Notes under the pieces: generated by a model
Seen by the model: only the letters and a program-made list of their open reading frames with translations
Databases searched by the model: none
What the model was told of the DNA's origin: nothing
Made by a program: the position numbers and the translations under genes
Assembly: GCA_965112155.1 (NCBI GenBank)
Contig: OZ218108.1
DNA length: 64,000 bases
DNA from: Podarcis liolepis
Taxonomy: Eukaryota
Strand: one strand, 5' to 3'
Shown here: positions 49,833 through 62,330 of the stretch, in pieces
Layout: each line of letters begins with the position of its first letter
How positions within the stretch are numbered: the stretch's first letter is position 1

Positions 49833-50378
49833 GTAAGTACCTGGCTCACCCTGGGACCTCCGGCTCCCTTGCAAGGCACACACCCCTTGCCACCCCTGTG
49901 CCACTGCCTCCCCTCTTCGGAAAGTGGAGGCGCCTTAAGTTCTCCGGAGGATTCGGCTGTGTGGCTCACAGTGCCCTTTCCCAATGGCCTCCCTCCTGCC
50001 TCCTTCGTCTTATGGGTACGTGGAGCAGGATGCTGCCTCCCCAGGTTAACATGCTCACTGGTGCCAGGGAGGCCTTTCTGAGGTGTGGGGTTACCTCCTG
50101 GAAAGGCTGGTCTCTGCCACTTACTCTTTCGGTTGTCCAACGAGACACACATTTCTGTTGGCGTTTGTTCACCGCCCCCCCCCCATTCAAGAAGAAACTT
50201 TAGAGGGCTCAGCCCGGCATCACAAAAGAAGGTCCAAAGGCTGGCGGTCTGCTGCCAGAGGGCTCTGAGCTGGTAGGACAAGCTGGAGCTATCTGTCCTT
50301 GCTTAGCCCCTCTCCTGAAGGCTGAGGGGGCAGCTCTGGCACCAGATGTTGCCTCTGGCCCCACAGAGGAAGAGCTGG

Positions 50379-50895
50379 CATAGAGTAATGGAATCATAGA
50401 ATTGGGAGGTACCCCTGGGGTCATCTAGTCCAACCCCTGCACTGCAGGAATCTCAGCTAAAGAATCCCTACCCAGTGGCCAGCCAAGCTCTGCTTTAAAA
50501 CCTCCAAGAAAGGAGGGAGTCCGTTCCCCTGTCGAGCAGCTCTTACTGTTAGAAAGTTCTTCCTGATGTTTAGTTGGAATCTCCTTTCTTGTAACTTGAA
50601 GCCATGGGTTTGAGTCCTGCCCTCCAGGGCAGGAGAAAACAAGCATCCTCCATCCTCCATGTGGCAGCCCGTGAGATATTTGAAGGCGGCTATCATATCT
50701 CCTCTCAGTCTCCTCTTTTGCAGGCTAAGCATCCCCAGCTCCTTCAACCGTTCCTCATCAGGCTTGGTTTCCAGACCCTTGATGGTCTTGGTCGCTCTCC
50801 TCTGCAGACCTTCCAGCTTGTCAGCATCCTTCTTAAACTGTGGTGCCCAGAACTGAGCGCAGTATTCCCGGTGGGGTCTGACCAAGGCAGAAGAG
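50379..50895 (-). mobile_element. CR1 LINE 3' portion (ORF2 C-terminus + 3'UTR)
   Basis: Minus-strand peptide ALVRPHREYCAQFWAPQFKKDADKLEGLQRRATKTIKGLE...LSLQKRRLRGDMIAAFKYL; terminal gaatcatagaat. Confidence 0.92.
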
Positions 50896-52990
50896 AGTGA
50901 CTTGCAGTTCTGTTCTCCCCCTTTCTCTTTTAGGTCTCCAGTTTCTCTCTTGAGGGGGGGGGCACAAAGGCCCTTGCCAGCCCCTCCCACTTTTCTCAAA
51001 GGGCTCATCCAGACTTCCTTTTGCACCGCTCAAAAAGGTCCCCCAGTCCTGCTTAAACAAGGCCAGATCAGACCCTTGGTCCATCGAGCTTAGTGATGTT
51101 GATTCTGACTGGCAGCAGCTGCCCAGGCTTTCTGGCTGGAGTCCATCCCAGCCGTGCCTGTAGCTCCTGAGCCTGGAGCCTGGGCCCTTGTTCATGCAGC
51201 CCTTCATGTTTGCAAAGGGGGAGAGACCTGCCCCCCGGGCGCTAGCAGTGTCAGAAGCAGGGCGGATGCATGCAGCCTTGCCGTTCCTTGTGTGCCATCC
51301 TAGGCCATAGAAAGGGGAGGGAGATTGCCAAAGCAGGAGGAAGTTTGCTCAGGTAGCACCCTTGTTGGATGTCTGCCAGCACTTCTTGGCAAAGCTCCAG
51401 AAATTAAATGCAGCAGGGTCTCTTGGCATCTGATTCTGGGGCTGAATTGCTCCTGTAGCTGCGAAGATTCAGGCTGTGGATTAGAGCAGAAGCTGGACCT
51501 GATTGGGGTCCAAAGTACCTCCTGAGTCTCTCGTGGGCTGGAGCAAGGCTTCCTTCTGGCCTCCACCTTCCTGGCCTTGTCCTGAACAAAAGAAGGCTGT
51601 CACGTGTGATATGCTGCCGGGTTAACTGTGGTTCCAGACCTTTCTGGTCTTGTGGAAACTGCCTTTGGAGCCCTCACAGCCACCAGCAATAGCCTCTCAG
51701 CAGAATCCCAGCAGGCTCTGGACCTCTTGGGTGCAGCCAGGCGTTGGCTCCCTGGTCCTGCAAAACAGTGTGAAGAAGGAAGTGTTCCGGAGTGTGAATC
51801 AGACGCCAGGATCGGCAGCCACGCTGTGCCTCTGTGTTTCTGAGCTGTGAAAGGCAGAGTGTTCGGATCACGTAGAAGAGATGGCGCGCGTTCCGTCCTG
51901 CTCATTATTAAGGGCTAATTACCCCCTTCCCCAAGCCAATTCCATGCTTCCTGTTTCTAGCCCACATGAGAATCTCCGCTGCCGGCTTCCACCACACACA
52001 GCCCCGACTCTGAGCCGAGCGCCAAGGATGATTCAGTCGCTTTCAGGAGGATAACAAATCCGCATTTCTGAGCTGTCTCCCTGTGCACCAGACTTGCCTA
52101 GGCCTCCCCACCGAGAGAGCCAGGAGAAGGCGGCACCCACCGAGTGGTTGGATGGCAAGGAACCTGGCTCTGAATTGGCCCAAGTCACCTGCTTTGCCTT
52201 GGCTGTGCGGCGAATTGGGCTGTCAGTCAGCCACCTGCCATCTGCGGATGGAGAACGGATCTCAGTGCTAAGCATTACTAAGCAGAGGGCGCACTGAGAG
52301 CCAGTGTGATCTTGGCTGCCCTCTGGACTGTTGCCATGGCACTTCTCTGCCGCTGGGCCAGGCTCATATTTCAGCCCAGGGGCTGTTTGCAGACACCTCC
52401 TGCCTCTTCCAACGCCCTGCCTTGCCTTGCCTCTTGGCGGCAGCCCTGGCAGGATCCCGGGTCTGATGATGTGCGTTTGCTGAGTCACTTGCTTTCCTAA
52501 TAATCTGTATCGCCATCAAATTTGGACGATATTAACACTTCCCTGCTTTGGCTTTCTCTCCAAATGTCAGCAAACAACTTAAGGCAAACCGGAGCCTCAT
52601 CACTCTTGGAAGCGGGGCTCTGCGTGGGCAAGAGATGGAAAAATAACATGTGATGGCGTCGTTGCCCACGGCTGGCAGACTCCAGTTGGTTCAAAGAGTA
52701 GGGGGAAGGTGTTGGGCAAGAGCGCCCAGTTTCGCTTCCCTTCCTTCCAGCCTCCGTGTTCAAACAGGCAGAGAACTCACTTTGCCTGTGGGACGTCAGA
52801 GCCTTCCTCCCAACCCCGGCGTCTCCTCACTTGCAGCTGCGCATTCCTTTCCTCGGCACCGCAGGGAGTGTTCAGCGCTGCCGAGAAAGGCTGGCCTTGC
52901 TCTTGACTGCCTTAGCAGGTGGCACCAGCCCCTGATAATCTTCTGGCTCAGCAGAGGCCTCCCTAGCCTTAGCAGGAACGGTGGAGGGAG

Positions 52991-53357
52991 TGGGAAGAGA
53001 AGAATGAGAGGTGAAACGAGAGCCATCATCCAGTATCTCAAGGGCTGCCTCCTGGAAGATGGAGCAGCCTTGTTTTCTGCTTCTCCAGAGGGGAGGACAT
53101 GAACCAATGGCCTCAAGTTCCAAGAAGAGATTCCAACTAAACATCAGGAAGAAATTTCTGATGGTGAGAGCTGTTCAGCGGTGGAACAGACTCCCTCGGA
53201 AGGCGATGGGCTCTCTCTCATTGGCGGTTTCCAAACAGAGGTTGGATGGCCACCTGTCAGTCAGGGATTCTTCACTGTGATTCCTGCATTGCTGTGGGTT
53301 TGCCTAGATGTTCCTTGGGCGTCCCTTCCAAGTCTGCAAATCCAGGGCTCTATGATC
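52991..53357 (+). mobile_element. CR1 LINE 3' portion
   Basis: KRRMRGETRAIIQYLKGC, RFQLNIRKKFLMVRAVQRWNRLP and the CR1 3' terminus. Confidence 0.88.
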
Positions 53358-55505
53358 ACAGCGCTTGAGCAACTCTTCAGCTGCTTACGCTTTTTCCCAA
53401 GGTGCCAGAGATTCCCCAGCCTTCCTTCTTACCCTCTGGCAGGCCTTGCGTTCCTCCATGAAGACTCCCTGGCCTCTCCCAGCTCTCTGTCTGGAGGCTT
53501 CCAGCTGCCTCTGCCATGGGAGTCTCCAGGCCCCTGCTGGCCTGACGTGGCTGTTCCTGTCCACTCCGGATGGGACTCTTGCATTGTTTGAGGGCTGCTG
53601 GTTCTGGGTCCTAATCACGGCTCAAGCACCTCCCAGGAACTGCACAAGCATCTTTGCCCTGTGGGCAAAATAGTTCTGCCAGAGCAGGCTCTGCTCCCAG
53701 TCCCAGTCCTGAAAACGTCATTGCTTGAGTGTCCTTGCTAGACAAAGATGGGCAATGTGCTTTGACAAGGCTGCCCTCCTGCGTGAGGGCGAGGGGGGAG
53801 TCACAGGTACTATATTCTGGTGCTCTGGAAACATAGGGTTACTACTGCCATCAGCACATGTTAAAGGGGTGCATAGAAGGTCTCGATAGGAAACTTCGTT
53901 GTGCCTCAGAATTTTGGGGGCATGAATGTCTCGTAGCCCCAATGCGGGGTGCCTAATTCCTGGACCACTTTTGTGTGCAATCAAATTTCTCAGATTCTTG
54001 TGAAATGTCTCAACTGCAAAATACCCTGCCGTGTGTGCATTCAAACAGAGCTTTGTGGCGCTTGCAACTTGCTGGAAACTTGCTGGCTGCGGTGTGGATG
54101 GGCCGATGCCAGCTTTTTAACACCATGCCAATTACAATTCCCAGCATCGGGTAGGCTGTGCCTTTCTATTCTGAAGTGTGAAGGGTTATTTCAGGCTTCC
54201 CAGCATGCTCTGGGCTTTGCTCTCGCTCCCTCCGTAGTGTCTCTCACTTTCTTTGCAAATTTAAGCACCCCATAATTAGCGCCGTTTGTATAAACTCAGC
54301 TGCGGGTTTGGAGAGGGCCGTAATCGGCTGCGAAGATCGCACAATGTGCTGCTTTGTTGACTCCCCTTCCCTTGTTTGCAAGCACCTTGTGTTTCAGCCG
54401 CGCTTCTAGACAGAGGTGGGCTCTGGCTCCGCACGAACACAAGCAGGCAGACAGCAGCCTCGCAGCGCCAGGCGAGTGTTTCTGTTCTCCTGGGGACAAA
54501 GAGCCCCCTGGCCTCTTCCGTGGCTTGTTCTGCCTCCGGGGCCTGAAGATGCCTCTGCCCTGGCTGCTGTCGGAACTTCAGGCAGTCCCGGTTGACAAAG
54601 AACCGATCCTGAAAAGCAGTGCCTGGACTGGGAGGGGTGAGGAGCAGCCCAGGGCAATCCAGCCCATGTGAACAGAGTTTAGGGTGATTTGGGGTCTGGG
54701 CAGGCGGGGGGGGGCTGTGCCTTCCCTCGACTGCTTACCAGAGCAGTGTCATCTGCCGCAAGAAGACACACAAACACAAGCTTGGGAGAGAAGCCATCTC
54801 GTTGACATGCACCTAAACAGAACGATTCAATCATCCAGCATTTAGGTAAAATGAGTGAAGCAACCTGAAGGCCAGTCACTCTGTTCTCCACACTTGGACG
54901 GAATAATGGCAAGCTGTCCTTCTTTCTCTGAAAGAGATTCTGCCTCGGGAGAGAGACCTCTCGCTGCATCAGCTCTTATTAGGGTATAAATGGAGACCAA
55001 TTTCCCCCCAACTGGTCTTTTGTCTGCCTCGCCATAACTTTCTGCAATCTGCAGCTCTGTCACTTTCCCAATATCCCATCTCTTACATCGATTCTGGGCC
55101 TCTGGGGATGCTGTGATAGCCTTGGCTGTGGCAAAGAAGACGTGCAGTCAGTGTTTCAGAAATACCTGGGACATGTGAGGCACACTCAGAACGCCCACAG
55201 CTCAAGGGGCCACATCCAGACCTTGGGTCCCTGCCCCCTTCCTTGGGTGTTTAGTCAAGAGCAGGATTCTCCCTTCATTCACTGGAAGTCATGCAAATCC
55301 CTGTAATTTCCTTCCCTGCACTTTGCAGTGCTACAAGGCAGAGGACATGAAGTGAAGGAGGGAGGGGGAAAGAGAGGGGGGCAAGGGCCTGTGAATATTC
55401 TGTCTCCTTCCAATGCTGGGGGGCTGTTTTGGCCAAGTTTGGTGGGGAAGGGCTTTGCAAACCCCTCAGATGCCGTGGTCTTCCTTCCTTCCCTCCCCAA
55501 CGCAG

Positions 55506-55602
55506 GTGGTTTGAGCAGTTTGTGATGCAATGGCTGGATGAGAATGAAGACGTGTCCCTGGAATTTTTGCATGGAGCTCTGGAGAGAGATAAGAAGGATG
55601 GG
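55506..55602 (+). CDS. UNC13B: Exon: [32 protein letters not shown]
   Basis: aacgcag| acceptor, GGG|gtaagg donor; 97 nt, phase 2-0. Confidence 0.96.
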
Positions 55603-56121
55603 GTAAGGTTTTGGAACACAGAAATAAAGTAAATCATCAAACCATCAATTCTAGCATGGGGGGGGCACCTAAATTGTATAATTTGGCATCTGAATGATTG
55701 TTATTAGGAATTGTATTATAATTTGGCATTGATATAATGAGGCTGTTATTGGATTATTGGGCAGCAGTGCTGTCGTCCAATGTTTGAATTGTTGTATGGC
55801 TTGTGAGTTTTGCTGCCCTGCCGTGTATAAACTTAATAAATAAGGAAGCCAACGGGTATCCTTCAGGATTGTGGAAAGCTTGGTTGAAAACAGAAAAGTG
55901 TTACATCAATTCAGTAAGTGAGCAACTATTTGTTTTATTCATTTATTTCATAAAGTATATACACTGCTTGATTGTAAAAACAAAGCAAAACCTCAAAGCA
56001 GTTTACCAAAACGTAAAACAAGAAAACCCAGAAAAAAATTACAAAACATACAAAAAGTTAAAATGCTAACGCAGATTAAAATTCACATGGTAAAAGGCTT
56101 GCATGAACTCAAAGGCACCAG

Positions 56122-56276
56122 GTAGAATCACAGAATCGTGGAGTTAGAAGAGACCCCGAGCGAGGGTCCTCGAGTCCAACCCCCTGCAGTGCAGGAATCT
56201 TTTGCCCTGCATTGACCCTGGAACCTATGGGCCTGAAATTAAGATCCTCATGCTGTACCAACTGAGCTATCCCGGT
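56122..56276 (-). mobile_element. tRNA(Lys)-like SINE with CR1-derived tail
   Basis: Reverse complement reads ccgggatagctcagttggtacagcatgagg...cttaatttcagg...gattcctgcactgcagggggttggac...attctgtgattct. Confidence 0.8.
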
Positions 56277-56313
56277 ATTTCTCCACACTGCGTGTTTCTT
56301 TGTTTGCATTCAG

Positions 56314-56457
56314 TTCCAGCAGACATCTGAGCATGCTCTCTTCTCCTGCTCGGTGGTGGATGTCTTCACCCAGCTCAACCAGAGTTTTGAAATCATCAGG
56401 AAGCTGGAATGCCCCGACCCGGCCATCCTGGCCTGCTACATGCGGCGCTTTGCCAAG
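56314..56457 (+). CDS. UNC13B: Exon: [48 protein letters not shown]
   Basis: cattcag| acceptor, AAG|gtgatg donor; 144 nt, phase 0-0. Confidence 0.96.
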
Positions 56458-56663
56458 GTGATGCCTCTCCCCCACAGGACCTCTAGGAGCCTCGTTCTCT
56501 GGGGGAAAGGGGTGCAATTATCATCACAGTCAACAGCAGCACTTGTTAGTGGCTTGTTGCCAAAACGAAACCTCAGGGCGACTTAACGAGATGAAATTCA
56601 GTTGTGACAAACCATTAAATGTTTCTCTTGTGCCGCTCAGTAACGTTTCTGGTCTCCTTGCAG

Positions 56664-56741
56664 ACCATCGGGAAGGTGCTGATGCAGTACGCAGACATCG
56701 TCTCCCGGAGTTTCCAGGCCTACTGCTCTAAGGAGAAAGTG
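56664..56741 (+). CDS. UNC13B: Exon: TIGKVLMQYADIVSRSFQAYCSKEKV
   Basis: cttgcag| acceptor, GTG|gtgagt donor; 78 nt, phase 0-0. Confidence 0.96.
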
Positions 56742-57636
56742 GTGAGTCCTTCTGCCTGGTTGGGGTGGGGATCGCAGAGGACAAATGGGGAGAAGACGTA
56801 CCCCTCTCTTCTTAGCCATATCCTCAAGGCCAGGCGCCTTTGGACAGATAGCTGCCCTCCCAAGACCTCGTTGCACAGATGGCTCTGATACCAACTTAGT
56901 GTGGAGCCAGCATGCAGGGGCCCTTGCTTAATTTGCAGGATTTGTTTACTGTGTGTGTATGTATATATATATATATATTGCCAGAAGCCACCCAGAGTCA
57001 GGTGGGTGGCATTTAAATATTAAAATGGTTGTCTGTAGACCGACGGGCGTTCTTGGAGTGCACTTTTTGCAGCCTGGTTCTCAGGGCAGGAAGTGCCTCG
57101 TAACCCTTTCCTGCTGCTTAGGAGTGGAAAGTTGCTTAGCCTTAGCTCACAGAAGGGTCACAAAATGAGAGGCACTTCCCGTCCCCGAACGTTGTGCTTG
57201 TTCGTTCATTGGTTCCCCGGGAGCTAGTGCTCTTTCTGCCTTGACAAAATGTTCCCCTTGACCCTCCCCTCCCTCTCTCCAACTCCTGATAGTGATGGGA
57301 GGGCATCAGGTCCTGCGGGGGGGGGGGGTATGGCACTCCAGCCCTTTCACTTGTTTCTCAGTCCAAGACTCTCTGCCAGTTGGTCTTCCAGCTCCAAACA
57401 TCAGCTGGGCTTCTCGGAAACCGGCGGAGAGAGAGAGATCAGTTCACTTCCTGCTGGCTGGGCTACTGAATTTGCAGAACTCGCTTCCTACCTAAGGGAG
57501 AAATGTCTTCCTCCATCCATTTCTGGCCTTCTCACCTGTATGTGGCCCTGGAGGCTTTGCGCAGAGAGAGTCGGTGGCCTTAGCATTTGTCTGTCTCACC
57601 AGTAACCTGTCTTTGGCATTTTCTCCTCCTTCTCAG

Positions 57637-57714
57637 CCCTGCATTCTGATGAACAACATCCAGCAGCTGAGGGTGCAGCTGGAGAAGATGTTTGAAGCCA
57701 TGGGGGCCAAGGAG
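57637..57714 (+). CDS. UNC13B: Exon: [26 protein letters not shown]
   Basis: ttctcag| acceptor, GAG|gtgaga donor; 78 nt, phase 0-0. Confidence 0.96.
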
Positions 57715-58411
57715 GTGAGAGCTTGGAGGAGCCCTTTGGAGCGTGGGGCTCAGCACTGCCTTGCCAGCTGGGCAGGGATTGGATTTTGTGGCTAGCAGGC
57801 CTGCCACGGATTGCATCATGCACCACCAAGAGCCAAAGTGGGGAACTATAATTCCCACCAGGCCCAGCCAGAAGGCTAATAGTCAGAAGGGGGGAGAGAT
57901 GGACAGACATGTTGGCTACTCCTGTCATAGAGAAGGAAGGGAAGATGAGGCCACGGCCTTCGTTGAACACGTTTCCTAACTCTTGAGTTTCTAAAGGCTT
58001 CGTATGGATGTGAAATGGCCTGAAACATTCACACCATCGGTTCGCCATGTGGTGGCCAACTTGAGTGAAGCTGGGTTGCTGAAAGCTGAGATGCAAATGT
58101 GTAAAGACTTTGCTGAATGAGTCTGGTTTGAAAATGTGCTTCTTCCAGCTGCTATAGTTGGCTATGGGTCATCCTTTGCAGCTGAACAGACTGTGTGTGC
58201 CCTTTCTCATTATTCTGGATACTTGCTGGGCCTGTGTGGATACAGCTGTGTTGCCTGATGCCTTCCAAGCCTTAAACACCTGTTGTCCTTAACTGGAGGC
58301 AGGATTTCCCCCCTCCATCACTGATTCAAGCTGTGACATTTTCTGCAACGCTGTGAGAATGCTTGGTCTAACCTTTGCCTGTCTGTCTCTGTCTTTCCCT
58401 TGCTTTCCAAG

Positions 58412-58597
58412 ACTGAGAATGTGGAAGAGAAGGAGAAGGAGAAGGACCAGGATCAAAATCAAAATCAGGATGAGACTCAGAATCAGGATGAGAATCAGGA
58501 ACAGAATCAGGAACAGGAACAGGAACAGGAAAAGGAAAAGGAACAGAATCAGGAACAGAATCAGAATCAGAAGCCTGAACCGAGGAATCCTAAGGCT
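58412..58597 (+). CDS. Candidate cassette exon: Q/E/N/K/D hexamer-repeat insert (TENVEEKEKEKDQDQNQ...EPRNPKA)
   Basis: CTAAC branch point + ~40-nt pyrimidine tract + AAG acceptor in phase 0, open frame, weak donor GCT|gttaga; 186 nt (3n). Confidence 0.4.
58428..58572. repeat. Degenerate hexamer repeat (GAACAG/AATCAG/GAGAAG/GATGAG)
   Basis: About 24 tandem 6-nt units, all variation frame-preserving. Confidence 0.92.
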
Positions 58598-58662
58598 GTT
58601 AGAATCCATATTGCTTACTCTTGGCCTTAAGACACTTCCTCCTTAGCTGTGGCTTCCTAGAT

Positions 58663-58868
58663 CAGAGCTTTCTAGACTGTGTGTTGCGACACGCTAGTGT
58701 GTCGGCTGCAGAATGTAGGTGTGTGGTGCGAATGCTCCCCGCGCTCCTCCCAGGGCTGGAGAGGGGTTAGTTCAACCTCCGGTTTACTTGTAAAACTGAA
58801 TTACTGTGTCATGAAATGATGCCTGTCTAAAAAGTGTGTCACCAACATGGAAAGTTTGGAAAGCTCTG
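58663..58868. mobile_element. hAT-type MITE, 206 bp
   Basis: TIRs CAGAGCTTTCTAGACT / AGTTTGGAAAGCTCTG (14/16); 8-bp TSD TCCTAGAT / CCCTAGAT. Confidence 0.88.
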
Positions 58869-59833
58869 CCCTAGATCCTGAATAGATGTAGGCTCTGCAC
58901 GTGGCAGTGAACTCCATGGTGGCACCGTGGCATGGGGTGGCTTCTCCCTGGCAGCATGTCAAGAAGCAGCTCAGAGCTTAGGAAAAAGCATGGAATGGGA
59001 AGTGATGACAGAGGCCGCCTTGGGCAAAGTGTTGCCATCCATGGGGTCTCTCTTGCTCCCTCTGGCCAACTTTGGTCTCCAGCACTGCTGCTAGGAAGAG
59101 GCCTTGGTGTCCCTGAAGCGCCTTAAGCGGTTTCCCCTTGGAGCCTCCATTCCGAGTTCTGCTCTGTGCAGATTCTCAGTCCCTCTTGCCTTTGTCTGTG
59201 TGCCGTGCAGGGACTCTGAATGCTGTTCCTCAGCCTGGCTAGCGAGTGTCGGCCACTGAGATAACGTAGCTCTCCCGCTTTTGGATTTAGTCAGCTGAAC
59301 AAATAGCTAGAAACATTTGCTGCTCATTTTAGTGCAGAGCTTCACCCTTCCCTCTCCGAAGCCTTTCCCCTTCCCAGCTTATCTAGAGTTTCCCATGAGT
59401 CACCTGCTCCTTTTTCTCTAGGTCTTCTGCAGCGGGAAGGCTTGCCAAAGGAAAGCAAATCCTGCACTTACAGGAACTTGCCTTCCAGGAATAAGTGTAG
59501 TCATAGTCATTGATGACCTCATCTAGCTTGTTGTCTGTGAGTGTGTTGACCCTTTCGCTGTGAGTCTCCATGCAGTTGAGACTGGGGGAACATGGGAATA
59601 GCCTGCTGGATCAGACCAATGGCCCAATTGGTCCAGCATCCATGGACCTCCATCAGGCATTTCCCAGTTTTTTGCAGGGGGTGGGTGGACAGGAGAATGG
59701 AGGGCGGGGACTGGGCCGTATGTCTGCCTGCCTGTCTCTGAGCTTATCCACATTTTCCTTTCCTCCACACTTTTCAGGCACCGTCTGCATTTTAAAGTTT
59801 TATGTCTGAGCACTTTTTTTTCTTGCTCCAGAG

Positions 59834-59970
59834 CAGCCATAGGCAAACTCAGCCCTCCAGATGTTTTGGGACTACAACTCCCATCATCCCTCGCTAACAG
59901 GACCAGTGGTCAAGGATGATGGAAGTTGTAGTCCCAAAAACATCCTGAGGGCCGAGTTTGCCTATGCCTG
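59834..59970. mobile_element. Palindromic hAT-type MITE, 137 bp
   Basis: Arms CAGCCATAGGCAAACTCAGCCCTC...GGGACTACAACT / AGTTGTAGTCCC...GAGGGCCGAGTTTGCCTATGCCTG; perfect 8-bp TSD CTCCAGAG. Confidence 0.93.
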
Positions 59971-62276
59971 CTCCAGAGGTTTCCCCATGAAAACCCACTC
60001 TTTACTGCTGAATTGGAGCAAACAGCATTGCACATAAGCACCCGGTTGCCGCTTCTTGCGTTTCATCTTTAAAGAGCAGGTTTTCACGAGGAATGCTCCA
60101 GGACGAAATAAAAAGCAATCAGGGTTTTAAAGTGCAGACTCATGCCTGGGAAATGCCAGGCAAAAGGTAAGTGTGGATCAGTCCTTACTCTCTCTTGTGT
60201 TCCTGCCGAATGAAGACTGGACCATGTTAAGGTGTAAGAGCCATCAATAAATAGTATTATTTACAATGGATGCAATAAGCACATAGTTTCACCATGGTTT
60301 GTTCAACAAGCCACAGGTTGTCTTTCAGTCGAGCAGAGAAGCCAGGACTTCTTTTCAGAGCCGCCTTTGTTTCCCAGCTGCCCTTGCCTCCAGACTCTGT
60401 TGCTTAGCACATGCCCAGCGTGGGATGGGCAAACCATAGTCGGTTAAGACACTTGGTTTCAGACATAACATAAAACCATAGTTAAAACATGGTTCGTGAG
60501 CCCTGTACAAACCACAGCATCACATCTTGGTTTGTTACCAGAAACTAAACCACGGTTATTGTGGTGGGCTGGGTTTGGACATTCAGAGAAGCCGCACTTT
60601 GGCCAGGCAAGCCATGGTTTAGTGTTAGATGTGTTTCATTCGCACAACCACGTCATCCCACAACCACCACATCCCCAGCAGTGTAAGAGCAGGTGGGGAG
60701 TTGAGACCAGCCTAAAGCAGAGGTGATGTTCATCCTCCCTGACTTTAGCCAGCGGGGCTGAAGCTGGCGAGTTGAGAGATATTTAATGTTATGTTATTAA
60801 GTAAAAGAGAGAGAGATGATCTTCCTGGCTGCCCACCTGCATCTTGCTATGGGCTATACCTGTGGAGTAGGAAGAAAGATGCTGGAGCCGGGAGGGAGGG
60901 AATCTCGCTCTTTGCTGCGCTTGCCCAGTGCCTGCCTGTTCCTGGGCAGCGTGACTCATGCCAGGGGGCCAGCCGTTCCCTCGGCGCTCACACAGTAATG
61001 AGACCGGCTCCCTTAATAAGGCACGACACACACCAGCTTCAGCTGGTTGAATCCTGAGAGGCTTTTTTAAGCAGCCAGCTCTGCGTGCTTCCTCCTCCTC
61101 CTCCTCCTCCTCCCCCCGGGGAAAGGGAGAGTTTGCCTTCTGCCGCAGGGTCACAGCCCAGTTTCCTACGCCAACTGGGACGAGGAGGAGGGGAGGGAGG
61201 CGTGGGGCTCCCACCTGACCCCCTCCTGAGATGCACTCTCATACTAGGGCAGGTGAGAAGTCTCCAAAGCCCCCCCCCCCAACAGGGGCATTCGCTTGTG
61301 TGTGATCTTGGGGCTCTGTGACGTTAAGCTCTCTAATGACTGCTGATTGAAACGGAGGTCCTTAATTTGCCCCAGTGGGCGAGAGGGTTGTGGTGTCGTC
61401 TGACCAGAGGCTGAAACCCATTTGCAAAATTTATCCAAAGTACATTGGCAGGAAAGCAGTGAAAGCGTTTCAGTTGTGGGGGAAACACATCAGGTTATAA
61501 TGATTGCAAGCGGAAATAAAGTGTGAATACAGGATTAAAGCATTGGGTGAGGTGGCTGTTAAATGCAATAATTGTGGCCAAAATAGCAACAATTATTAAA
61601 TTATTATTATTCTACTAAACTCTACTTTGAAATTTGTCCAAGCAAGTCCAATGCTCTCGTGGGCTCAGGTAAAGGTGACCAGAAATCAGCTTCCCTTTTT
61701 CTTGGGGGGCAAGGAACACTCTCCCTCCCAGGGTCTTATCCGGGAGCTCTGAGCCCCGAAAAGTATCCTCCTCCTCCCCCCTATGGTCCATGGAGACACA
61801 GTTTGGCCACCGCCTCATTGCCATGGCAACCCCTTGTCTGTCTCCCCCTCCGTTCGGAATCCAGCAGCTCTGCCCTCCTTTGCAGCGGGAGGCAGGCAGG
61901 CTGTTGGAGAGCCGCCCTTCACACCCAGGGCTTTTACTCCGTGGCTCTGGAGGCCTCGACTTCAGAAGCCTTAGGCTCTCGCAAACACTCTGAAAACAAG
62001 AGCAAACCCACATTGTCGCTTAGGGAGGCAGAATCAGAGACTAGGATGAAACACTATTCAAGGCTGATTGCAAATGGTTCGCAGATTATACGAAGAACTA
62101 TCATAAGCAGGTTAAATTGCTAGCAGGTTTGGAGTAAATTCAGTAGTAAAAGTTACATTGAGAATAAGATGAGGAAAAGAAGGTATGGTTTGATTGTAAT
62201 ATTCAGCAGTAATTGTTATATGGAGGAAACCATGGAAGGGTGGAAGGGAAGCCAGTGTTTAATGTATTGTAGGGAA

Positions 62277-62280
<4 letters not shown>

Positions 62281-62324
<44 letters not shown>
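62281..62324. repeat. (CA)n microsatellite
   Basis: Perfect CA run. Confidence 0.95.

Positions 62325-62330
<6 letters not shown>

Noticed and set aside
58289-58646. Arg/Ile/Asn-rich and Leu/Ile/Phe-rich ORFs
   Set aside because: Other frames and the opposite strand of the hexamer repeat; not in phase with the gene
59401-59530. Acceptor-like ctgctcctttttctctag at 59421
   Set aside because: No convincing in-frame donor, the frame hits a stop, and there is no Munc13-like sequence
60285-60640. Repeated AAACCATGGTTT-like palindromic words; similar relics near 40700-40820 and 42490-42760
   Set aside because: Probably old MITE remnants; TIRs and TSDs could not be defined
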